16,796 nt of DNA, from assembly GCA_964449215.1 (NCBI GenBank), contig CAYVAH010000003.1, positions 32,678 through 49,473 of the forward strand, written 5' to 3'. This stretch comes from Candidatus Undinarchaeota archaeon (GTDB lineage: Archaea > SpSt-1190). Positions 1 through 7,159 of the stretch are shown here, in pieces. A program made the position numbers and the translations under genes. Below the pieces are notes generated by a model that did no database searches, was not told the DNA's origin, and saw nothing but the letters and a program-made list of their open reading frames with translations. Every line of letters begins with the position of its first letter. Position 1 is the first letter of the stretch.

Positions 1-50
1 CCTTTATAAGTCGCCACTGCATGAAAGTTAAAGATGCATAAATAGACCGG

Positions 51-1172
51 ATGGGAGGAAAGGCAGTGGAAAGAGACAAGCGCAACGTCCTGCTGCTGGG
101 GACCACCAGCTTTTTCAACGACATAAGCAGTGAGACAATCTTCGCCCTGCTGCCCCTCTATGTGGGCTCCTCCGGAGTGGTTGGAATCCTGGGCGGAATA
201 ATCAGTGGTTTCGGTGACATTGTCAAGGTTTATTTCGGTTACCTTTCCGACCACTTGGGCAAGAGGAAACCTGTGGTCTTCGCGGGCTACCTCCTTTCCG
301 CAATATCAAAGTTCCTGATTACCATGGTCGCCACGCCCTTTCTGGTCCTTGTGCTGATAATGGACAGGCTTGGCAAGGGCGTGAGGGAAGGACCGAGAGA
401 CGCCATACTTTCCGTTGCGAAGAAAAAGGGCTGGGCTTTCGGGCTGCGGCAGGCAATGGACACTATGGGCGCCGTTGTGGGGGGACTTATCGCCTATTAC
501 TTCCTCAGCTCGGGAGCAGATTATGTGTCCGCAATGAGAATCGCCGCCTTCATAGGCCTGGGAGCCCTTGTGCCCCTGCTCTTCATCAGAGTTCCCCCCT
601 TCAAGAGGACTGAAGAGAGCTTCTCCAAAACGCTGGGCCATGTTTCCGGGAGAATAGGGAGAGTCCTGGTGATCGCCGTGCTCTTTGGACTCGTGCTCAT
701 ATCTCCGTTGATCCTGATAAAAACTTCATACGACCAGCTCGGCAACACAGGGGTCTTGGTCTACACGGCCTTTAATGTTGTGTATGCCCTGGCGTCGAAA
801 ACCCTCGGGGCGATGTCGGACACCTACGGCAGGAAAGCTGTGCTGAACCTGAGCTTTGTTTCGGCGGCCTTCGCCTTCCTCCTGGCCTTTGCAGGGGGGT
901 GGGCTGTGCTTCCCGGCTTCCTGCTCTACGGACTCGCCCTGGGAGCCTTCCGCTCCACCTCGGGTGCCCTGGTCAGCGACATAGCAGGCAGAGAAAGGGC
1001 CACCGCCCTGGGGCTTTTTCAGACCACTCTGGGAGTGTCGGTGTTCATCGGCTCTTCGCTTTTTGGCATCCTGCTTGACACCGTGGGCAGCGTAACGTAC
1101 CTGCTCGGGACCCTGCTCTCCACAGCCTCCCTCCTGACCTACAATTTCCTGCTGACCTCCGCCAGGGGATGA
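51..1172 (+). CDS. MFS transporter
   Basis: 373-aa hydrophobic ORF with many TM segments; MFS motif A in both halves (GYLSDHLGKRK, GAMSDTYGRK); DRLGKGVREGPRDA motif. GTG at 66 is an alternative start. Confidence 0.93.
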   Translation: MGGKAVERDKRNVLLLGTTSFFNDISSETIFALLPLYVGSSGVVGILGGIISGFGDIVKVYFGYLSDHLGKRKPVVFAGYLLSAISKFLITMVATPFLVLVLIMDRLGKGVREGPRDAILSVAKKKGWAFGLRQAMDTMGAVVGGLIAYYFLSSGADYVSAMRIAAFIGLGALVPLLFIRVPPFKRTEESFSKTLGHVSGRIGRVLVIAVLFGLVLISPLILIKTSYDQLGNTGVLVYTAFNVVYALASKTLGAMSDTYGRKAVLNLSFVSAAFAFLLAFAGGWAVLPGFLLYGLALGAFRSTSGALVSDIAGRERATALGLFQTTLGVSVFIGSSLFGILLDTVGSVTYLLGTLLSTASLLTYNFLLTSARG

Positions 1173-1522
1173 CCCTTGGCATGGAGGTGGAACTTCTTGT
1201 ACCAGCCGAAGGGGGCACGGTCACAGCCAAGCTCAACAGCAAGGGAATTCAGAACCTCCACCGCTTCCTTCGGCTTCGCGAGCTTTTCGGAAAGGTGGGC
1301 GTAGGGATAGAGGAATATGCGACCGCACTTGACCCTGGCTGCCACCTCACGAATGGCTGCAGCCGCCTCACTGACCTTGGCGGAGTCACCCGGCTCAACT
1401 GTCACGAAAACCACAAAAAGTTCTTCCAGCCTCCGGTGGTGGTCCCCTCCCTGCTCGGCAACCGGAGTCGCCCTGGTCGTCCAGTACTCCAGAAGGTCGG
1501 CGTGAATCATCAGCAACCTCAT
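1139..1522 (-). CDS. Stand-alone archaeal threonyl-tRNA synthetase editing domain (DTD-like fold)
   Basis: MRLLMIHAD start, VFVTVE, LYPYAHLS and RAPFGWYK..HPLAE.SR motifs of the archaeal ThrRS N-terminal editing domain; stop directly after the domain. Start moved from 1540 to the ATG at 1522. Confidence 0.9.
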   Translation of the reverse strand: MRLLMIHADLLEYWTTRATPVAEQGGDHHRRLEELFVVFVTVEPGDSAKVSEAAAAIREVAARVKCGRIFLYPYAHLSEKLAKPKEAVEVLNSLAVELGCDRAPFGWYKKFHLHAKGHPLAEVSRKL

Positions 1523-1576
1523 GTGCCTCGGAGAGTGCAAAATTAAAAGAGAATAATAATTACCCTGCGGTAGTAA

Positions 1577-1595
1577 TCTTTATATTCTATAAAGA
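1577..1595. promoter_or_regulatory. Palindromic bidirectional TATA element between divergent genes
   Basis: TCTTTATA-ttc-TATAAAGA is a perfect 8-bp inverted repeat; TTTATA (1579-1584) ends 25 nt before ATG 1609. Confidence 0.55.
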
Positions 1596-1608
1596 ACCCC
1601 TAACAGCT

Positions 1609-2325
1609 ATGGCCAACAGGCACAGAGGGCCGTGCCCGGAAACAGGAGTCGACTCAAGAAGGGGTGCAACCCTTGACAGGTTCAAGAACCTTCTCCATGT
1701 TTTCAACAGGATTGAAGAAAAAATGAAAGAAAGGGGCATTATAGACCGTGAGGACCTGGGGTATGGTGTAGTTGGAGGGATGGCCGTCCAGATTCACCTG
1801 AGGGGATACCAGGAAAAACACAACATAAAGGGGAAGCCGACGGGCAAAAGGCCCTCCAATGACATAGACATATACGTGAGCGAGAGCTTCTTGGAATACC
1901 TGCCTGTGGGCCTGAAGGAAGAAAGGGTCCGGGCCACCGAACTGAAACTAACTGAAGAACCATACAGGCTCGCGATAGAGGGCATGAAAAGCGGGACTTC
2001 GGCACAGCTCATCAAAGAGCTGAATTCAACAGAGGATATGGAACTCTTCGAAAAACTCGAAGTATATGGCATTCCTGTGAATGTGCTGAAGCTGGAGCAC
2101 CTCATACCCTTCAAAATATCCAGGTACAACGGGAAAAAAAGACCGCTGGATTGTTACGATGTTATGTCCCTCGCACCGGTTGTGGCAGACAGGCAGAAGG
2201 AGAAAAGCTTCTCTTGGAAGGAGTTCAAAAAGAACCTCAAAGAAGAATACACCACAAGGTCCATGGAAAGCCAAAGGCTCTACCAAGAATTCATATCTGA
2301 AGTCAAGAAATACCTGCGGAGTTAA
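1609..2325 (+). CDS. Pol-beta-superfamily nucleotidyltransferase, AbiEii/DUF6036-like
   Basis: VVGGMAV...R-x-x-x-DID motif (RPSNDIDI) and C-terminal LEHLIPFK...D-x-x-D helices typical of AbiEii-like NTases. Confidence 0.72.
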   Translation: MANRHRGPCPETGVDSRRGATLDRFKNLLHVFNRIEEKMKERGIIDREDLGYGVVGGMAVQIHLRGYQEKHNIKGKPTGKRPSNDIDIYVSESFLEYLPVGLKEERVRATELKLTEEPYRLAIEGMKSGTSAQLIKELNSTEDMELFEKLEVYGIPVNVLKLEHLIPFKISRYNGKKRPLDCYDVMSLAPVVADRQKEKSFSWKEFKKNLKEEYTTRSMESQRLYQEFISEVKKYLRS

Positions 2326-2993
2326 TGACTAAGTTTCCTGGCCACACACAGGAACGCCGTGTGGGCCAGGGTTTTGCTGCGCGGGCGGAAGGCGTCCGGG
2401 TTCGTGCGCCACTCCCACACCGTTGATGTGACAACCCTGTGCTCAGAGAACTTTTTTGTGGAAATCAACCACCGGCGAACCTGGTTAGTTGTGGGCAGGT
2501 ATGCTGCAAAATAGCCGCCCGGCCGGAGGGCGCGGAAGGCCGACCCGGTGCCATCCCAGGGATTCGGGAGGTCGAAAACCACAAGGTCCAGCCCCTCCTC
2601 CTCCAGCTCAAATATGCTCTTGTTCCGCAGGGTCACATTCTCCAGGCCCACCTTCCTGATGTTTTCCAGGGCAAGTCTGTGAAAATCCTCGCGAAGCTCA
2701 TAGGAATAAACATGCTCAACAAGATGGGCGAGCCAGGCCGTCAGGAAGCCGGAACCGGAGCCACCCTCCGCAACCCTCCAGCCCCCGCCAAGGCCGGTGA
2801 GTGAAACAAGCAGACCCACATCCTTGAGATTCACGACCTGCGGCCCCCTTTTGATCCTGGAAAGCCTGTCCAAGAAACCTGCCGGGAACACCGTGGCCCA
2901 TTCCGGCGGGTTATTCGGATCAACCGTGCCCCTGCTGGTGTTGACCCGTCCCTCGCCCACCCATTTTAGCCTGCCATCCGTGACAACCCGCAT
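2322..2993 (-). CDS. trmI: tRNA (adenine-N1)-methyltransferase (m1A58/57)
   Basis: KRGPQV..KD, EGGSGSG SAM-binding motif, YELRED, DLPNPW, YLPTTNQV, RP....HTAFL. Start at ATG 2993, with a TATA-like element about 25 nt upstream. Confidence 0.93.
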   Translation of the reverse strand: MRVVTDGRLKWVGEGRVNTSRGTVDPNNPPEWATVFPAGFLDRLSRIKRGPQVVNLKDVGLLVSLTGLGGGWRVAEGGSGSGFLTAWLAHLVEHVYSYELREDFHRLALENIRKVGLENVTLRNKSIFELEEEGLDLVVFDLPNPWDGTGSAFRALRPGGYFAAYLPTTNQVRRWLISTKKFSEHRVVTSTVWEWRTNPDAFRPRSKTLAHTAFLCVARKLSH

Positions 2994-3067
2994 GGAAGGT
3001 GGATACAAGGAAGTTTTTAAGGATGGAAACAGAAAAATTAATAATTAAGTAACCATATAGTAGTTAC

Positions 3068-4110
3068 ATGGTGTATTTCATTCGGTCTGAAGGGGCTGGA
3101 TGCCTTCCAAGCCGAAGCTCTAGTAGACAAAACTCTCAGGGAGTTTGAAAAGATTTATGGCATCCATGAAAATATAGATGAAAAAATTGTCATAAATTTC
3201 GATGATATTTCCATGTTTGGAAACCGCATGACCATCACCACCGGTTGTTTCTACCTCGAGTCGGGCCTTATAGAGATTTTCTGGAAGAACATTATAGAAC
3301 TCTCAAAGGATGGAAACTACAAGGATATGTTTGTTAATACTTTGCTCCACGAACTCGTCCATTTCAAGCACTACACAAATGTGTTTGGAGAAAACGGCAG
3401 AAGGGCAGAAGAAACGATAAAAACCTATGAGGCACTGAACAAAGCGGGGTTCGTAAAACTGGTAAGGGACTGGTGGCACAGGAGAAGGTACCACATCACC
3501 AGAACCTGCATAGACTCAAAATACGGAAATTATATTGAATTTGAAAAGTCAGGAATGAAAGACCGTATCGAGGATATTGACGGGATGTTCGTGAGAGCTT
3601 TCCTTTATGTAAGGGGCACCAAAAAATATGGAAACACCGAGGAGCTCAATGAAATAAAAACCGTATTTGAGGATTTCCTCTCCAGCTGTGATGAGAAAGC
3701 ATGCAAAGAAGGAGAAGTGCTCAACACAAAGGATTATTCAAGTCTCATATGGGATGAAATTGCCTCCTGTGATGCGGGGAGTAACAATGAAGAGGGATAC
3801 GGAACTGTTACCGAAGCAATAGCATACTACACCACAAATGCGTGGATAGGCTACTCGGAAAGGGGGGATACAACCCCAGAAGGAGCTCGAGGACCTGATA
3901 TCCCACCTGAAAGAGTATGAGTGTTACAAGGACAATGTGGAGGCATTAGAAACCATATTGGAACTGCATAAAAGGGCTGTTAATGTAATGGACTACAAGG
4001 ACGCGGTAAGGCATATCGCCACCAGAATTGTAAATGCAAAAGACCTGAGCGAACTCAAAGAGATATGCTACTCCACGGCCAGGAGGGTGAGTGGTAATGG
4101 GGCTGGTTAA
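3068..4110 (+). pseudogene. HExxH zinc metalloprotease paralog 1, interrupted by two +1 frameshifts (near 3083 and at the G6 tract 3862-3867)
   Basis: ATG 3068 MVYFI, then +1 shift to GLKGLDAFQAEALVDKTLREFEKIY, in frame with ORF 3213 (LLHELVHFKHY). After G6 another frame reads IQPQKELED...NVEALETILELH...AVRHIATRIVNAKDLSELKEIC to TAA 4108-4110. All three segments align with the intact neighbour 4156-5232. Sequencing error is not excluded. Confidence 0.85.
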
Positions 4111-4155
4111 TGCCAGCCGAACAAATTTTTTAAAGATATAATCACTCTTAAGTTA

Positions 4156-5232
4156 ATGGTGTATTACATAGGGGAAGCCACCAGGGACGTGGAACCCCTG
4201 GTGGACAGCACCCTCAGGGACTTCAAAGAGATTTTCCCGGATACTGACACAGAGGAGCTGAAGGACTACATCATAGTGAACTTTGGGGACACAGAGGTAT
4301 TTGGCTACCGACATCCTTCCACAGCAGGAGCCTTTTACTTCACCGGGACCCTTGGAGCTGTTGAGCTCTTTCACAAAAACATCAAGGAATATCGCATAGA
4401 CAGCGCCCCCAACGCACCCTATGAAGAACGGTTCAAATATGTGCTGCTTCATGAACTCGTTCACCTCAAGCACTACTTCAACTTGCTTGACAAAAAACCA
4501 GGGAACCCGGCGGAGCTAATTGAAGCATATAAAGCTGCAGAAAAGCTCGGGCTCATAGAAACCATGGACAGCTGGTGGCAGGGAACCAGAATGAGAACCC
4601 TCGGCGCAATCTACAGTGACACCCCTGTGGGGTGGAACTGCCGGCTTTCAGACAGACCAGAAAAGGAAAGGGAATACCTGACAAACATGGTGAAAGACAG
4701 GGTAAAAATGGCCGACACTCTGGTGGAAAAAATCATCCCGTATTTTTCCAGCCGCTATGAAGAGCATGAAAAGCTAAAACAGGTCAAAAATCTGCTCTCT
4801 GAGTTCATGGATGAGTGGGAGAGAAGATTTTTATTCACATTTCACCCCCCAAGACCTACAGAACCTAAGTTCATCAAGGATCCCGAGTGGAAGGACCTGC
4901 TCTTTTTTGATCAGGGGATTAGCAAAGAAAAAGACGAAAAATACATGTCCATCGGGGAAGCCGTTGCCCACTATGTGGTGGAAGCCTGGAAGTATGGATT
5001 GAAAGAAGGGATTGAAAAACTCAAGCAAAACATCCCGGAGAGATACCACAATGAAAACATCGCTGCACTTGACAGTATATACAGGCTCCACTGGGTCGTC
5101 GCGAGCATAGCCGGGGGTGAGCAGAAGGCAGTCAAGTTCATCGCTCCAGAAATTGTAAAGGCAAAACACCTCACGCACTTGGAGCATATCTGCGATTACT
5201 ACATCAGATGCCCGGAAGAAATAAGGGTTTAA
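4156..5232 (+). CDS. Putative zincin (gluzincin-like) metalloprotease, paralog 2, unknown function
   Basis: 358 aa; LLHELVHLKHY zinc motif, upstream AGAFY strand, distal GEAVAHY (ExxA candidate third ligand); TTTTTAAA TATA about 25 nt upstream. Confidence 0.8.
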   Translation: MVYYIGEATRDVEPLVDSTLRDFKEIFPDTDTEELKDYIIVNFGDTEVFGYRHPSTAGAFYFTGTLGAVELFHKNIKEYRIDSAPNAPYEERFKYVLLHELVHLKHYFNLLDKKPGNPAELIEAYKAAEKLGLIETMDSWWQGTRMRTLGAIYSDTPVGWNCRLSDRPEKEREYLTNMVKDRVKMADTLVEKIIPYFSSRYEEHEKLKQVKNLLSEFMDEWERRFLFTFHPPRPTEPKFIKDPEWKDLLFFDQGISKEKDEKYMSIGEAVAHYVVEAWKYGLKEGIEKLKQNIPERYHNENIAALDSIYRLHWVVASIAGGEQKAVKFIAPEIVKAKHLTHLEHICDYYIRCPEEIRV

Positions 5233-5567
5233 TAGGGGCACCTGGAAATATTGTGGTGGAAAGGCAGACGAGTCTGACCTTTGCCCTGGCGGGGCTGGCA
5301 ATGCTATCCTTGCTCTCCCACGAGTTCTTCTCGGCGCATTTCAACCTGAGAAACCCCTCTCTTTTCCCCCTGGCCTTCCTCTACATCTTCGCCTTCCCCT
5401 TGATGCTCATCTACGACGTCTACACCTATCATCACGAAGGTAAGCCAAAAGACCTGTGGAAAATCGGTTTTCTCGGGCTATTCGGCATTCTGGGAGCCCT
5501 CCCGCGCCTGGAAGTCAGTTTCTACGGTTTTTTCGGGCTTTTCGCCTTCTTCGGGCTTAAAAAATAG
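5208..5567 (+). CDS. Small hypothetical membrane protein
   Basis: About 4 hydrophobic segments; true start may be GTG at 5253 or 5256. Confidence 0.65.
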   Translation: MPGRNKGLIGAPGNIVVERQTSLTFALAGLAMLSLLSHEFFSAHFNLRNPSLFPLAFLYIFAFPLMLIYDVYTYHHEGKPKDLWKIGFLGLFGILGALPRLEVSFYGFFGLFAFFGLKK

Positions 5568-5637
5568 CAAGACTGCCTCTCAAAGCAACTTTTCACACCC
5601 ACAGTGCTGTCGGGCGGAGCGCTTGCCTCACTTTTGA

Positions 5638-5684
5638 TCAACCTTTTCACAGCGAGGCGAAGCCGAGCGTGGTGAAAAGGTTGA
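5638..5684. repeat. 13-bp perfect inverted repeat with a structured 21-nt spacer (hairpin element)
   Basis: TCAACCTTTTCAC (5638-5650) / GTGAAAAGGTTGA (5672-5684); spacer contains GGC-GAA-GCC; flanked by CTTTTGA. Confidence 0.85.
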
Positions 5685-5690
5685 GGGACT

Positions 5691-5837
5691 GGGCCCCGGT
5701 TGGGACGGTCGCGTCCCGAGCTGCGACCCGCTTTCGCTCCTCGACAGCCACGGTTATCGCCGCCCCTACGAGCAGAGATGTCAGATGGGAACCGGGCACT
5801 GACAGAGCTCTGGTCGCGTCGGAACCGGGATTGCCCC
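5691..5837 (-). ncRNA. Unidentified structured non-coding RNA (about 147 nt)
   Basis: GC-rich intergenic segment whose ends pair (GGGC..CCCGGUU / AACCGGGGCCC) and enclose several helices; TTAAATA TATA at 5865-5859, 22-28 nt upstream; G-U pairs favour the minus strand. Confidence 0.6.
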
Positions 5838-5840
5838 AAA

Positions 5841-5870
5841 ACATATATTAACTTGTTGTATTTAATCGTA
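5841..5870. promoter_or_regulatory. Divergent promoter region (ncRNA candidate / PRC-barrel gene)
   Basis: AT-rich ATATATTAA (+) and TTAAATA (-) TATA-like boxes; AGGTGAT Shine-Dalgarno at 5873-5879. Confidence 0.5.
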
Positions 5871-5883
5871 ACAGGTGATGCGG

Positions 5884-6126
5884 ATGGAAGAAAGGATCAG
5901 AGGTAAGGATATCATGGGCAAGACAGTGGTCAGCAAGGAGGGAAGGAAGTTCGGTATGGTGGGCGATGTCACGTTCGACCCTGGAACGGGAGAACTCTTG
6001 AAAATCATACTTGCCAATTCCACTCAATATGCCAAGAACCTTCTGGGGACCGAGCTGAAGGTTCCATTCAGCGCGGTCGTCAGCATAGGGGATTTCGTCA
6101 TTGTGAGTGAAGAGGACCTCGTTTAG
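5884..6126 (+). CDS. Single PRC-barrel domain protein (CdpB-like cell-division protein candidate)
   Basis: GKTVVSKEGRKFGMVGDVTFDPGTGEL...VPFSAVVSIGDFVIV is a typical PRC-barrel; SD AGGTGAT supports ATG 5884. Confidence 0.88.
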   Translation: MEERIRGKDIMGKTVVSKEGRKFGMVGDVTFDPGTGELLKIILANSTQYAKNLLGTELKVPFSAVVSIGDFVIVSEEDLV

Positions 6127-7124
6127 AGGAGCTCCGTTTCGAAGACCTTCCCCATGACTTCTTTTTCTATTCCGATTACGCTCCTGCCAACCTTCACTGA
6201 ATCTCCAACCTTTGAACCCTCCCCGATAAGGGACTCCGTAACAACAGCATTCTTCCCGACCCTTGCCTCCGGACCTATCACGGTGTCGGAAACGTTGGCA
6301 CCATCCCCGATAACCGCTCCCGGATAAACAACAGAATTTTTGAGCTTAACGCCCTTCCCCAGCCGAACCCCATATGCCGACACGTATGGCCCCACAAATG
6401 AAGCATCCCCGCGAACATCGCGCAGGCTCACAGGTGGATAAATGTTGACTCCGCTCACGTTCTCCTGTGTGAATTCCATCCTGCGGTTCAGGAAATCCCT
6501 GTTGGCAGCCACATACTCGGGAACGGAACCGATATGATACCAGAAGACCTTGAACTCATAACCATATACGGGCATCTTCCTCTGAACCAGGTAGGTTATC
6601 AGCTCCTGCATGTCCATCCGGTAGGGTATCTTGTCGAAGACCTTGCGGTCCATGACCATTATACCGGCAGAAACTGTGTTGGAAAACACGAGGTCCGGCC
6701 TTGGGTTGTGAAGGAACCGCACCACCCTCCCCGTGGGGTCCGTGCTCGCAACGCTGTATCTCCATGGGCTCTGTGTGGAGGTCAACGCCATGGTCACGAG
6801 GGGCTTCACCCTCTCATGAAAGCTCACCAGAGGCTCAATCTTGAAGGGGGTGAAAACATCAGAATAGTGGACAACAAAGCTATCATCAACAACACGCTCT
6901 ATCGCCCGCAAAGCCGAAGCCGAACCCGTGAAGTCGTCCTTCAGCACCTGGACATCATACTTCTTGAACTCCTTCGGAAACGGAGTGACAACTATCACAT
7001 CATGCCCCTCAAGTTTCTCAAGTATTGACGAGAAGAGCTGATTTCCCGCCAGCTCAAGAAAAGTCTGGGGTTTCTTCGTGACCGGAAAGCTCGGGTCATA
7101 ACCAGCTGGAATCACTACCTGCAT
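6123..7124 (-). CDS. NDP-sugar pyrophosphorylase family protein with C-terminal hexapeptide-repeat beta-helix; catalytic signature degenerate
   Basis: NTP_transferase layout (VHYSD, VSAGIMV, WYHIGS..EY..AN) plus I/V-G-x-G-A-x-V repeats; N-terminus reads IPAGYDPSFPVTKKPQ instead of LAGGxGTRLxPLTxxxPK. Confidence 0.82.
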   Translation of the reverse strand: MQVVIPAGYDPSFPVTKKPQTFLELAGNQLFSSILEKLEGHDVIVVTPFPKEFKKYDVQVLKDDFTGSASALRAIERVVDDSFVVHYSDVFTPFKIEPLVSFHERVKPLVTMALTSTQSPWRYSVASTDPTGRVVRFLHNPRPDLVFSNTVSAGIMVMDRKVFDKIPYRMDMQELITYLVQRKMPVYGYEFKVFWYHIGSVPEYVAANRDFLNRRMEFTQENVSGVNIYPPVSLRDVRGDASFVGPYVSAYGVRLGKGVKLKNSVVYPGAVIGDGANVSDTVIGPEARVGKNAVVTESLIGEGSKVGDSVKVGRSVIGIEKEVMGKVFETELL

Positions 7125-7159
7125 CTAATTATTTTGCACCCCAGGTTTAAAAACAACAC

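Noticed and set aside
5691..5760. HDV-like ribozyme (GCT-CCTCGAC-AGC resembles P3/L3)
   Set aside because: No matching upstream P1 strand, and no GG for P1.1 after the putative P1'.
5685..5837. tmRNA-like resemblance (5' GGGGC..GGUUCCGAC and 3' GGACGCG)
   Set aside because: No T-arm with a UUCRA loop, no matching acceptor stem or CCA end, and too short for a tag ORF; the resemblance is superficial.
5568..5837. SRP (7S) RNA or 5S rRNA
   Set aside because: No SRP helix-8 CAGG..GNRA..AGCAG motif and no 5S conserved loops on either strand.
5522..5906. Short ORFs 5522-5839, 5647-5844, 5669-5851 and 5700-5906
   Set aside because: Arg/Ser/Pro-rich, mutually overlapping frames typical of GC-rich structured non-coding DNA.
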